Source: Octopus bimaculoides (taxonomy: Eukaryota). From it: 42,048 bases of DNA. Under the pieces are notes generated by a model. The model ran no database searches, was not told the origin of the DNA, and was given only the letters and a program-made list of their open reading frames with translations. The translations under genes were made by a program, and so were the position numbers. The stretch is taken from positions 129,771,516-129,813,563 of the forward strand of contig NC_068982.1 in NCBI RefSeq assembly GCF_001194135.2. The letters run 5' to 3'. Below, one piece after another: positions 1 through 12,072 of this stretch. Numbering within the stretch: position 1 is the first letter of the stretch; each line of letters starts with the position of its first letter.

Positions 1-259
1 AGTACTCTGTCACTTACTCTAACGACCTCGATTACCTTATCCACCCATTTCTCCGCTAGAAGTATTCCTACGCCCCCGACCCCGTCAGTGTTCCCTGCTC
101 AGAAAATCTTGTACCTGTGTTCTTTGCCTGTGAGGAACCTCGCAGAACCTCCTCTCCATCTTACTTCCTGGATGCAGCACATATCTACGCGTCTCCGTTC
201 AAGCATCTCAACAATTTCACCAGATCTACCTTTCAGCGTGCCGACGTTGAGAGTGCCTG
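1..259 (-). mobile_element. RTE-clade LINE, N-terminal AP-endonuclease region; continues beyond the left window edge
   Basis: Minus-strand translation GTLNVGTLKGRSGEIVEMLERRRVDMCCIQEVRWRGGSARFLTGKEHRYKIF*AGNTDGVGGVGILLAEKWVDKVIEVVRVSDRVL is a typical RTE APE start (TLNV..., CxQEVRW, GVGILL). One TGA interrupts it at the expected Trp. Confidence 0.85.
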
Positions 260-1830
260 TGTTTAATTTCGACTTAAGGATCAGTTTCAGTCTGCACAAG
301 TACTCCACCTTAAATTTTTCTGTCATTTCTTTCTCCATCAATTTATCCATTTCCAAAATCCCCAAGTACTTATAGCCCATCTCTTCTATCTGCTTCATAA
401 CCTCCCCTAACGGTGTTGTTAGCCCATTAATACTTTTGATTTTGCCTCTTTTCAAGACTAACACACCACACATTTTCAGTCCGAACTCCATTCTGATATC
501 AGCACTGAAGTTATACACTGTATCAACGAGGGAACTGACTTGGGCTTCATCTTTACCATAAAGTTTGAGGTCATCCATGAATAACAAATGGTTGACTTTT
601 TGTTGGCGGCTTTTAAATACATGCCCAGCTTTTGCTTTCCTCAGAATCACTGTTAGTGGTATCAAGCACAGTACAAAGATCACTGGGTACAGGCAGTCCC
701 CTTGGAAGATGCCCTTCCTAATTTCTACTGTCCCTAAACTTCTTCCTTATGCTGGCAGGTCCGTCCTCCAATTCACCATACTTTTTCCAAGCAATCACTC
801 AACATTTGATGCAATACCAAATATGTTCATATACTCCATAATCCAAGAATGTGGTATCATATTATATGCCTTACAATAGTCGATTCATGACATGGTTAAG
901 TAACTTTTCCTCCTCTTGCAGTCTCTAAGTACAGTTTTGTTTATCAGGAGTTGATCCTTAGTACCTCTGCACTTACTCTTGCAACCCTTCTGCTCATGTG
1001 GCAGGACTCCATTTTTTTTCCAGATGTTCGTATTCTGCAAGTATTCCAGTTAATAACTTCCACATAAGTGGCAAACAGGATATCGGCCTGTAATTGTCTA
1101 TCATATTGCCTTTATCGATGTTTTTCAGGCACAGCACTGTCCTACCCAATGTCAGCCACACCTTGTTAGATGTCGGCATTTAACAAGGTGTGGAGTTGCA
1201 CAGCTATTCGTGCATGATATTCACCAAATCTTTTGATCTAGTAGCCTTGAACTCCATCTGGTACTGGGACCTTCCAGTTGCTCATTTTTTTGCTGATTTC
1301 CTTCACTTCCCTAACCGAAATGACTAGTTCTGCCTGTTTTGGATAGACTACTGTTTGTTTCAGTTCTTGCAACCATTTAGCATCCTTCTTGTGCTCCTTG
1401 TCTTTGCTCCAGATGTCACTCTAAAACCTTTGACATTCAATGTTTTCTGGTATCAACTTTTCATCTGTACGCTCTCCATTTATTTCTTTATAGAATCTCT
1501 TCTGATCTACTCTGAAGAACCTATTCTGGTGGTAACCCTTCATTCTTAGGTCGTATCTAACCGTCTTTACTTTCTTTGCAACAAGGTGCTATTTCAGTTC
1601 CTCCATTACTACTTTCAGGCCCTTTTTTTCAAATATTATACTTGCTTTACAGCACCCTGTATTTTTGTTCGCTTTCAAGTTTCCCTTTCCCTTTTTGGTC
1701 TAACAAAGAGATTTCCTTCGAGAGCATGTCTAACCCTGCCTGGATTCTTCTTTTCCACCATGGATCTTTTCTTTTGTCACTCCCATTATGTTTCTTTTTC
1801 TTGACATCAACACCCACGTTTTCTACTACA
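260..1830 (-). mobile_element. R4/Dong-type non-LTR retrotransposon fragment (N-terminal region plus reverse transcriptase), degraded
   Basis: Minus-strand motifs [46 protein letters not shown] and NHLLFMDDLKLY...YKYLGILE...LILKSKLN, with stops and frameshifts. Confidence 0.88.
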
Positions 1831-1853
1831 ACATTATTATTATTATTATTATT

Positions 1854-1938
1854 GTTCAGTAGTTTTATTTTTATAACGTGCTTTCACTTCACTACCGAGC
1901 GCATCTCTGTGTGCCTTGGGTATGTGCTGTGATGCTCT
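1854..1938 (-). mobile_element. Short LINE 3' end with (TAA)n tail, probably R4/Dong family
   Basis: 85-bp non-repetitive segment bounded by (TTA)n on both sides (1833-1853 and 1938-1959), in the same context as the neighbouring R4 3' ends. It has no coding motif, so the family call is inference. Confidence 0.45.
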
Positions 1939-1959
1939 ATTATTATTATTATCATTATT

Positions 1960-2076
1960 GAAGACGACACGCAGTATCCAGTATTGTGATGCTGTAGATT
2001 AGAGATACTGTGTGTCCTGAGGATTTGTACTATCTGTCAAGTCACGACAAGGACTTCAAGCAGACAGTACTTCATG
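1960..2076 (-). mobile_element. R4/Dong-type LINE extreme 3' end with (TAA)n tail
   Basis: Minus strand tgcatgaagtactgtctgcttgaagtccttgtcgtgacttgaca is a paralogue of the 3' end of the 2137-2530 copy (tgcataaagtactgtctgaggtccttgttgtgacttgaca) and is followed by TAA repeats. Confidence 0.7.
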
Positions 2077-2136
2077 CATCATCATCATCATCATCCTCGT
2101 TATAATTATAATTATTATTATTATTGTTATTATTAT

Positions 2137-2529
2137 AGACGTCGCACAGTATACAATACCATGAGGTTGTTGATTGAAGATGTAGTGTCTACCGGGGGTT
2201 TGTACTGTTTGTCAAGTCACAACAAGGACCTCAGACAGTACTTTATGCAATATGCATGCAGTTCCAAGTAATGCCAACTTTTGCAATACATCCAGATTGT
2301 AGGATACTTCTAATATTTTGAGATGTTTTTCCAGATTTGGTGGTATTGAACACAATGCTCTGATGACAATAGGAATAACTTTTGTGTTTGACTCTAGTAG
2401 CTGCCACATCATAGCGATCTCAATTCTTAGGTCTCCATATTTATCAACCTTTTCTCTTTCTTTCATGATGATATGTTGCAGGATATTTGCTGTAGCCCTT
2501 CTTTTACACTATGATAAAACATGTACATG

Positions 2530-2530
<1 letters not shown>
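2137..2530 (-). mobile_element. R4/Dong-type LINE 3' end (restriction-like endonuclease C-terminus, 3' UTR, TAA tail)
   Basis: ORF 2212-2466: KEREKVDKYGDLRIEIAMMW...KVIPIVIRALCSIP...LQKLALLGTACILHKVL, then a short UTR and (TAA)n at 2100-2136. Confidence 0.85.
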
Positions 2531-2561
<31 letters not shown>

Positions 2562-2918
2562 CTGCTTTCAATTTTGTTTTCATTTCTTGCCAAGTGTCTT
2601 CCCAACACCTAGGCCAAAGAAACTCACAGTATACATTGGTAGGCCGTTAAAATAAACACACCAGATTGTTCCTTTACAAAGTCATGTCATAGAAAAAGAA
2701 GGGGAAGAAAGGCAGAGATAAAGGAAAGAAGGAAAAAAAAGAAACATGAAAAAAGAAAACAAAGAACATAAAGGAGAAAAAGGAAAGAAAATTCACAGTG
2801 ACAATGCTCTTCTCAATACATGTGATGTACCAGTTAAGACAATCTTTTGCACTTCCTGCATGGGCAGTAAGCCAGGGATCATCCTCAAATAATCTTCAGT
2901 TATTATTATCATTATTAT

Positions 2919-3357
2919 GGTTTGGCTCAGGTTTAGTCTTATTCCTGGTAAGATTTATGTGAATAGAAGGTTACTACCTGTAACCTTAGGTAACCACAAG
3001 TTTTCAGCAGTTTTTCAAATGCTTAGAACCCTCCTGATAAACCTTGCTGTCCTTAAGAGGCAAACTTTCTGTAGGAGCTCTCCCGGGCATTCTATTCTAA
3101 ACTCCTTTGTCTATATCTTTGCTTACTGTTCCCAACACATCAATTATTATAGCCACAACCTTTATTGTTTATATGCTCTAAATTCTTCCCGTTTCAAATT
3201 TTAAGGGATTGTATTTTGTTTGGTTTTTCTTCCTTTTTCTTTACAACCCTGGAATCAAAAGGGCATGATGGGTCGATAAGTAAGCAACTTCACTTTTCCC
3301 AATCTATAATTTTTATGTCTGGTCTATTATTTTCTAACTTGTTCATTTGAATATACA
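2919..3357 (-). mobile_element. R4/Dong-type LINE 3' end (RLE domain), another subfamily
   Basis: Minus-strand translation LENNRPDIKIIDWEK*SCLLIDPSCPFD...IIIDVLGTVSK...LLQKVCLLRTARFIRRVLSI*, ending in a TAA-like tail at 2900-2918. Confidence 0.8.
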
Positions 3358-4440
3358 CTCAACAGATTAGACTGTTGGAAAAGAAAAGAATCCTAACATC
3401 AGGCTACAAAAAGTAACCTTAGATACCAAGAACCATCCTAAGTATCCAAGTTGTCCCTAATAACACTGTTTTCTGGAGCTGTACTAAACTGTGTTTTATG
3501 CTTATTTCCTCTGTCCATTTGTTCAAATCTTTAGGTATAGTTCCCAATGCATCTATAACTACTAGGATACATTTTTACCTGCTCTTTCCATAGTCTCTGT
3601 AATTCAATAGCTAGGTTCTGGTACTTTGCTATTTTTTCTATACTCTTCACATTAAATTTTTCATCATTTGGGACTGTAAAGTCAATTATCTGGCACTTTC
3701 TATTCACTTTATTTACTACTTCCAAATCAGGCCTTCTAGCTTCTATTGCTCTGTCAGTCAATGTTAAAGTCCCACAGCATCTTCTATTTCTTACTTTATA
3801 GTACTTTACTAGGTTCATGTTCATACCATTTATCAGTATGTTCAAATCCTAGCTTTCTACACAGCTCCCAGTGGATTACTCTCCCCAGATTGTCATGTCT
3901 TTTCTTGTATTCTTTCTGTGCCAGCATGCTACATTTACTAACAATATGAATAAAACTTTCTGCTTTGATTTGCATAATATACATTGGGAATCTACTTATT
4001 TTTTGTCTATCTTGGCTTTTATCCAATTAGTCCTTAATGCTTGATCTTGTAATGCTACTAACAAACTTTCTGTCTCCCTCTTCAGCTTTTCTTTCTGCAA
4101 CCATAACCATGTCACACTACTACTATTTGCTGCAACTATCTTTGGGAATCTACCGCACAATGCCTTCTCCTGCCAGTCAGATAATTTCTGTTCTTTTTTC
4201 TGATTTTTAAGTTCATTTGGGTTTTTGGTTTCCTTGTCTTGCTGTGACTCTACCAACTTTTAATGAACTTTCTTCACCAGTACGTACATAAGAGTCTATA
4301 TCTGCTCTAGCTAACTCCATGCAGTCTTCTACTGATATTAACCTTCTTCTGCCTTCCTAGGTAGATATAATCTTGCTACTCCTGCTTGGGTGGAGTCCTC
4401 CATTCATACTGAATTCCTTCCTAGTTTTCTTTATGTGCTG
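3358..4440 (-). mobile_element. R4/Dong-type LINE 3' half (post-RT region, CCHC zinc knuckle, RLE), degraded
   Basis: Motifs GGLHP..VARLYLPRK...LISVEDC, LKRETESLLVALQDQALRTNW, HIVSKCSMLAQKEYKKRHDNLGRVIHWELC, RRPDLEVVNK...IIDFTVPND and LQKTVLLGTTWILRMVLGI*. Confidence 0.88.
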
Positions 4441-5552
4441 TAAAGGCAGAAGTAAATCTGCCTTCAACTCAGTCGCGTGCCTGTATTTTGCTTATTTTTT
4501 GTGTGTTTTATTACGTAAAGGTCACCAACTGCCTACCCTGAGTAATTATTGACAGCGTGTACCTGCCTGATTGATACATTTTCTGTCCTCTAGAAGAACT
4601 CTCAAATTTATACTGTACTATCTGTAAATCATACTCTACTCATTTTTTTCTTGTTATTGCAGATCCTGTATTTTACCTCAGTACACTACATGATTCTAAT
4701 ATATACATCATGAAGCCAACACTTTGTACAAAGAAAGAAGCAATTCACAAATTTTCAAAAAGTATTTTTTAATTTAGACATAGTTAATAGTGACTTCATC
4801 AAAGCAATAATTCATAGATGCTCATGGTATCAGTCATACTAACACTACAAGTGTTGTTTTTAAAACCTGTTAAAAGCGATGTATTCATAATGTAGAGTTA
4901 CTCCTAACACACCTTCTCTATATATAGCATACCCATTTTTTTTTAATCCTGTTTGGATCTAGAAATCCTTTTATTAACTATTTCTTTAGGCATAGTAAAG
5001 TTCAGAATAAAATCTTTGAAATACTGTTCTACATTTCAAACAAACTTCTCTTGCTTTATTTTGGATTTGCAAGGAATATCTAAGTTACCTTTATAATAAC
5101 AGATCCCTGCGTACCGAAACTTAAACTGTAATCTGAAAGTTTTAATGATCGTGACTGAAGAGAAGTAAAGGAGACTCTGTAAAATGTTTACTTGAATATT
5201 ATATTCAAAGAATAGCACAGCAAGAACTCAGCATTCTCCTAAATTTCCGATCAGTTGTGTATCTATAATTTAAACTTTTATTGCTATATATATTTTTTCA
5301 TTTATTGAATATATTGAGAAGAAAGGGAACATGCAATAATAAACATAAAAATTACTTATAGATATCACCAAATATCGTTGATCAGAAATGGAATTAGTTG
5401 TGTTAAGAAAATATTGTGAAAGAAACATATAATCTAGCCCAATGGCCCCAACATGCAGCCCTCAAGTAAAATTTTGAAGTCTTCTATAGAGAGATCAATA
5501 TCAATAATTATATAACATTCAAAACATGTATGGAGTGGGGGCTTCACAAGGA

Positions 5553-5715
5553 AGGTGCATGGCTAGTGGTTAGGATGTTTGACTAGTCATCATAAGGTTA
5601 TGGGTTCAACTCCTGATCAGAGTAGCACACTGTGTCCTTGAACTCATTCACTCACTTCATTTTATAGTGCTCCAGTCTGCTCAGCTGTAATGAATTCTAG
5701 CCAGGTGCTGGTGCA
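5553..5715 (+). mobile_element. tRNA-derived SINE head, diverged
   Basis: Box A-like tggctagtgg and box B-like gggttcaactcc followed by tgtgtccttg...gctccagtc...ctcagctg; approximate boundaries. Confidence 0.6.
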
Positions 5716-6277
5716 CCCTTCTCTCTCTTCATCTGTCATATCTTGGATGTTCCATTGAGATGAAGAGAGGTGGGGAAGAGTGCCTGTGACTGCTCATAAC
5801 TACATAGGCACCCAAAGTAATTCCCAATGCATGATACTTGCTCATGAATGATGGCTAGTTGTACTTTTAGAGGCTTCTCATTACAATTATGCAACCTCAT
5901 AAATTAATACCTGTTTGATAGCATCTAATCATGCTAAGCATGATTTCAAAAGTATAATGATATCAGCATTATCAGCATCCTGCCTACATTAAATGGTGGA
6001 GGTGGCAGACTGACAGAGAAATGGATGTTATGAGAAGCTGCACGAGGCATGAGTCCAATTAGCTTATAAGTTTAAAAAGTTTGCTACTGGAACGTTTTCA
6101 ATATTTGATCATATTTACATCGATGTAGACATGAAATTTGTGAAATCCAGGGATAGACCAAGATTTACTGATGAGCATCAAATTTTAACGATTTCTGTTA
6201 CCAACATAAGAGTAGACAATATCAAACTTGTCAAGAAAGTTCAGTCTGAAGAATCTCCCTCAAAATAAAACCTGTAG

Positions 6278-6495
6278 TCAACCCTTTAGCATTCATATTA
6301 TTCTGTTAAATGTAATGCTTATTTATTCACATTTTTTTTATTATTAATGATGCACTATCTTCTAACTTCAAGATTTCAATGATATGACTGTTTATTTTTA
6401 GAACAATATTGTAGGGTATGTGTGAGAGGCCACACCTGGTCAGTTTGAACTTAAAACAGGCATAATATTTGGGCTGTTTTATGTTAAATGGTTAC
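6278..6495. mobile_element. TTAA/piggyBac-type MITE, diverged
   Basis: Begins accctttagcattc and ends atgttaaatggtta, a degenerate inverted end. It is non-coding and AT-rich, and resembles a common octopus MITE as I recall it. Confidence 0.5.
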
Positions 6496-7149
6496 AATGT
6501 CTCTAAATCTGTTTTGCCATTGACAGCATAATGTGCACAACTCACAGGCATATATTCCAAAATATCATCTTCCACTAAGTTTGACTTTTTCAAATTGATT
6601 CTTTCAAATTAAAAGGTTGGATGACTTCTGATTTAGAAGTATGGTTGCATTACGTAAAATGAAATTTTTTTTTACTTATCTTTTAATATCTATGATATAT
6701 TTTTTCATTGATTAAATCATAAAGAAAGTGCTGTACTTGGGAACTATGTAGACACTCCCTTACCTAACAGGTAGCATTTGTAATTAGTATTCTTTTAGAA
6801 CTTCTAGAAAAGCTGAGTAATTTTTCACCACTTTTGACAATGTTGGTAGTATTTTGCCTCAACACCATGTTTCATTAGCACTAAGCTGTTAATGTTCAGT
6901 TCTTTTTCATCATTAACTGACCATCACATTTTTTTCATGCATAGTGTATCTAGGACTACATAAACTAACATGCCTTTTCTTTTTTTATTTGTTTGTTTGA
7001 TTAAAATAGTAGGTCTGGATTTGAAAGTGCCAGCCCTCCCTAAGTTGGCATTTCATTGGTGCAACAAAGAAAGTATATACTATCAGAATAAAATTATTTA
7101 CTAAATCTTAAAAATATCTCTGTTGTATTGCATATACCAAGAATTTTGT

Positions 7150-7300
7150 TATTCCATGGTTGGCACAGTTTCAGTTGCAGTCCCACTGCATGGCACCTTA
7201 GACAAGTGTTTTCTCTTATAGCTCCTGCACTGGCTGACCAAAATCTTGTGAGTGGATTTGGCAGGTGGAAACCAAAAGAAGCCTATTGTATATGAGTGTA
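7150..7300 (+). mobile_element. SINE fragment (OK/OR-like octopus SINE body)
   Basis: cagtcccactgcatggcaccttagacaagtgt...ttgtgagtggatttgg...gaagcc. The same motif occurs at 19075-19200 (+) and reversed at about 10090-10250, 24900-25030 and 35370-35505. Confidence 0.6.
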
Positions 7301-8894
7301 TGTCTCGTATATATAAATGTCTTTAATTATTATGATATTTTTTCAGCCAAAATATGTAAGTTATCAAAATAATACAGGCTGGTGGTTTTACACAAAACGG
7401 CCCTTCATGCACACACACTTAAGCTAACAACACCTTTTCTCTAAAGATTTCCTGAAGAAGGAAATATATTCAAATTTTGTATAAAACCATTGGCCTGTAT
7501 TATTGCATTGTTTGGATTTTAAATGTGTATAAGTGTATATATGTATGTATGTGTTTCCTTGTCTTGACATCACATAATTGTTGTAAAATTAGTGTCACCA
7601 CCATACAAGTGGTGGCTTTTGTTTCCAGTCTTCCATGATAATAGTCCAACCATAGGAAAGTATTACTTTGCTTGGAAACAAGTGAGGGTTAGTGACAAGG
7701 AGAGCATCTGATCATAGGAAGTCTACCTCAATGAATTCTGTCTGACCTATGAAAGTTTAAGAAGTGGACAGTTAATCAATGATGAAATCAATGATAATGT
7801 ACAAGTATGTGATTCAATTTTCTAGAAATTATTTATTGGAAAACTTTTTTCATTTACAAATGTGATGTTACTTTTGTACAAGTTATGAAAAAATTAATCA
7901 AACATTTACAAGATGAGAACTATTGACATAGAGTCTTTCTTATATGGTTTCTTAAACATCCTGTTAATGAGTTCCATGAACATGTTTCATATGCAATAAA
8001 CTGTTGATGTTTAGTTCCTATTCATCACTAAAATAACATATGCCATTGTGGCTGTGGCCATCACATTTTTCTCTCATGCATAGCTTTTCAAAATAGACTT
8101 TACTTACATAATTACATGACATCATTACTAAATAATGCAATAGAAAAATATAAGCTCAATGTGTTATCACACCTTGTAAAAAAATATATCAATAATATGC
8201 TATCATATCTTATGACCTTAACTTTACTGATAAGTGATTAATGTAATGTTATTCTTGGAATAAAGTGTTTGCACTGACCTTCACCATATAAGTTAACAAT
8301 AAGTTATTTTCAATAGAAGCAAACTTTCAGTTCCTTCCCACATTGCTTTTTGTTTTTCTTCTAAATTGATATGTTTGTCCATGACAATATAAAAAAATTA
8401 TGCAAATTTTTTGAAGGCAAACATAGTTGGAGCATGTGTTTTAAACTGAATATTTTATGCCTTTTCCATGTGACCAAAATCAGAAATAATGACCTTCTTT
8501 TACCTGAGAAAGTTCTTTAAATGTGATTACAGAAAGTGATGGTTGCTGACTTGGAATTTGCAATTTCAGTCATAAGTTGCCTGTTTATGCTTCACAGATA
8601 TTTCATTTTTTCAAAGCAATCAAAAATTAGAAAGATATTTCTTGTTTATTTCGCCATAATAAAATGCACTTAAAAGACCAATATGGCTATTAATCTCTTC
8701 ACTCTCTCCTCTCTTTCACACATACATACATATATATGTCTGTGCATACACATGCCGCCATCAACATCATTATCATTGCCCTTCCTGTCACCAACCTTCA
8801 CTTGGAAATGAGACACATTGCCTGTATGATGGTAATGCTTATTTATGACTATACAGTGATGTCAAGATAACAATCACACTCACACACATATGTA

Positions 8895-10077
8895 TGTGAT
8901 CTGATCAATAGGTATCCAGATTGTTGCCATAGTGAAGCCACTTGGCACAGATTGATCTTAACATTTTAGCTTACTTCTGCTGTTTACAGCAGTACTCGGA
9001 AGGAATGTGTATAGCATGTGATCGTTGCATTGACCATGACAGAAAGTTGAGCAGAGAACCTGCATCAAATTTTACCAAAAGCTTGGCGGTATCTGCTCAG
9101 AGGCCTACGCAAAGTTGCAGAAAGTGCATGAAGAAGAGTGTATGAGCCGCACACAAGTGTACAAGTGGTTCAGATGTTTCTAAGATGGCTGAAAAAATGT
9201 CAATAGTGATGAACGTTCCAGGAGATCTGCAGCCAACAGAACTGAGAAAAACATCAGAGATGTTTGTGCAGCTGTGAAGGGAAATCGTTGAATCACCATC
9301 CGTGAGTTATTAGAGGATGTGCAGATTAGTTATGGTTCAGTTCAGTGCATTATCACTGAAGATTTGGGTGTGAGATGCGTGTCTGCCAAGTTTGAGCCAA
9401 AACTGTTTTCAGCTGACCAAAAAGACACACAAGTTTCAGTTGTGCAAGATCTCCTTGATTGTGTCAAGAACGATAAAAACTTTTTGAAAATGGTCATAAC
9501 AGGTGATGAATTGTGAGTTTATGGCTATTACCCTGAAATACTGTTGACCATTGTCTTCAACTACAAGGAGATTGTTTATCATGAGTATGTTCCACCTGGT
9601 CAGACAGTAAACAAAGAGTACTTCCATGACGTTTTATGGTGTTTGCGGAATACTATTCCTCGGAAAAGCAACAATCGCATGAGTCTGATGAGTGGCAATT
9701 GCACCATGATAATGCACCTACCTATTCAGCACAGCTTGTGCAGCAATTTTTGGCTAGGTACAGCATTTCCTAGGTCTGACAGCCACCATATTCCCCACAT
9801 TTCGCTCCTTGTGACATGTTCCTCTTTCTAAAATTCAAATCCCACTTGAAAGGAAGAAGATTTCAGAATGTCAAGGAAATCAAAGTGAAGGCAATTAGGC
9901 AGCTGCTGATTATCTTAGAAAACGAGTTCCAGGAAAGCTTCCATCAATGGAAACAGCACTGGACTAAGTGTGTGGCTTCTGAAAAGGACTACTCTGAATA
10001 GGATTAAATGCCAAATTGGTACGTGTTGTAGTTTTGTTTTTATAGCACCAGTCAGGATACTTATTGATCAGACCTCA
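8895..10077 (+). mobile_element. Mariner (DD34D-type) DNA transposon, near full length, transposase pseudogene with internal deletion
   Basis: TIRs tgtgatctgatcaataggtatccagattg (8895-8923) and cagtcaggatacttattgatcagacctca (10049-10077), with TA flanks. Transposase remnants include EQRTCIKF, MSRTQVYKWF, VSAKF.PK, ITGDE..VYGY, LHHDNAP, PPYSP and CDMFLFLKFKSHLKGRRF, with several stops and frameshifts. Confidence 0.93.
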
Positions 10078-10277
10078 TATATATGATAAGCTCCTATCAG
10101 TTTTCATCCACCAAATCTACTTACAAGGCTTTTGTCAGTGCAAAGCACTTATCCATATAGAAGATAATTCAATGTAAAAGATAAGGTCCCATACAGTGGG
10201 ACTGTACCCAAAACCACCTGGGAAGCAAACTTATAAACTATATAGCCATGCCTTTATCTATATATAAATATATCATG

Positions 10278-10500
10278 TACAGACAATTCGCTGACAGACA
10301 ATTTGCTGACAGACAATTCCCACATGACCTCAGACTCAACACAGGAGGCCTACATCAAGTGCTTGGAGGAAGTTGTGCTGCCTTGGGTCAAGAGGGTGAC
10401 TGCTGGAACATCCTATGTCTGGCAACAGGACTCTGTACCATATCACACAATTGTCTTGTCTGTCGGCCAATTGTCTGTTGACGAATTGTCCTGTCCGTTT
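10278..10500. mobile_element. Foldback/MITE-like element with internally repetitive inverted ends enclosing a Tc1/mariner transposase fragment
   Basis: The left end has about three copies of the 15-mer acagacaattcgctg, and the right end has inverted degenerate copies. The 130-bp core encodes ...AYIKCLEEVVLPWVKRVTAGTSYVWQQDSVPYHT. Confidence 0.65.
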
Positions 10501-11928
10501 ACTAAATATACATAATATGTATGTATGTGTGTGTGTGTGTTTAAATTTATTGGAAGGTCTTCAAGAAGTACAGTTTATACAAATTAAGATGAATTAATGA
10601 AGTCAATATAGTTAAGCAGTGCATTAAACAATATATTTTTATAATTTTCCATATAGTTGATATTGTAGCATGAAACGCCCTATGTGTAGCTGAAACTACT
10701 GAACTATTATTCAAAGTATTCACATCACCATCTTTAATTCCACTTTTGATATACTTTTGTGAGAATAAAACTCTTTAATAGGTTTTCCTTACAAAGAATT
10801 TTCCTTTTTTTTTTTACCAATTGACCTCCTTTTTCATTTGGTAGGAATAATCTCGTTGAAATTCCCATCCAACAGCTCAGATGTTGAATAACCAAAGTAA
10901 TTTTCTTTATCTTTTTCTCTCACTTTTATTATTAATTCATTTAACATATATTTGTATGATTGTGAAATTAATTTCTTTTAAACATGAATAAAAAAGAAGA
11001 CTATTCTTTTTCTTATTTTTTCTTATCTATTTGCATATTTTTGTATGATTTCTCTGCAGTTTGTTTCGAACAATAATATTCCGAAATCAATCATCAATGT
11101 TTCTAAACTTTCACTGACTCATCTTCAGAATGAAATGATTGTTGTAGGCAGGTTTTATTACCACTTTATGGTAAGGATTTGTGTTGTATTGTCTGCTAAT
11201 ATTTGGATTTTTGGTCATTAGCATTCTTCTTCATCAGTCATGAACCGTTTTTGTTTTAATTTTGACTAATGTACGTTGGCTGTGTCTTAATTTTATCATT
11301 GTGTTATGTTATTAATATTGATTCCATCATTATTTGACTGTTTATTTTCTGTGGGGAATTCTGTATAGAATTACTAATGATTTCTTATCTAGTTTTGTTT
11401 TATAAGAAATGTAGTGCATTGCAATATCTCTTTGTCGTAAGTGCATGACGACCTACCTGGAGAGTGGTGTTCTAACATGAACAAAATGAGAGTCGGAGTT
11501 ATAAAGTTGACACTTTTCATATTTGTAATCTTATCTGAAAGTTATTATTAATAGTTCGTTTGTTGGCTTACAAGTTCCCTTGTCTTTATTCATTCCTCTA
11601 TTATTTTTGATTAGGTGGATTTTTATTTTAGCATTTTTGTATATTATTATTGTTAGTTTATAGTATGTTTGTATGTATGAATGAATGTTTGTATGCGTGT
11701 ATATGAATATATGCCTGCCTATGTTGAAGCTTCTTGTCATCATGAGGCATTGAATTTTCCAGTATGTACAATAAATCTATTACTTTACATTGAGTTCTTT
11801 ATATGTGTATAAGTGGTCAGGTGCAGTTCATAGTAAAAAAAAATAGGAGTAATCAATATACAAAATAGAGAGAATGTATATGTAGCTTTATAAGGATTGT
11901 ATAAACAAAACAAATTACATAACTAAAG

Positions 11929-12072
11929 GTTTCATGTAAGTCTGACCTACATGTAGACCTAGACCTACACTGGGTAGATATGCCTGCTTGGGTTTCGTGC
12001 AGTTACTAAACAGACCATTCACAGAAGCACATCTGACAACCATAGGTGTGTCAGGTCAGGCTTATGTGAAAC
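11929..12072. mobile_element. Small MITE with 20-bp imperfect TIRs
   Basis: gtttcatgtaagtctgacct (11929-11948) versus the reverse complement of aggtcaggcttatgtgaaac (12053-12072): 17/20 match. No clear TSD. Confidence 0.55.

Noticed and set aside
5553-5625. tRNA-like A and B boxes
   Set aside because: No complete cloverleaf is present and the sequence runs into a SINE body, so it is a SINE head rather than a tRNA gene. The same applies at 15063-15170.
11099-11128. Minus-strand CTGAAGA...GAAAC resembling a third hammerhead
   Set aside because: There is no convincing stem II, no NUH triplet or stem III after GAAAC, and no stem I. It is at most a very decayed remnant.
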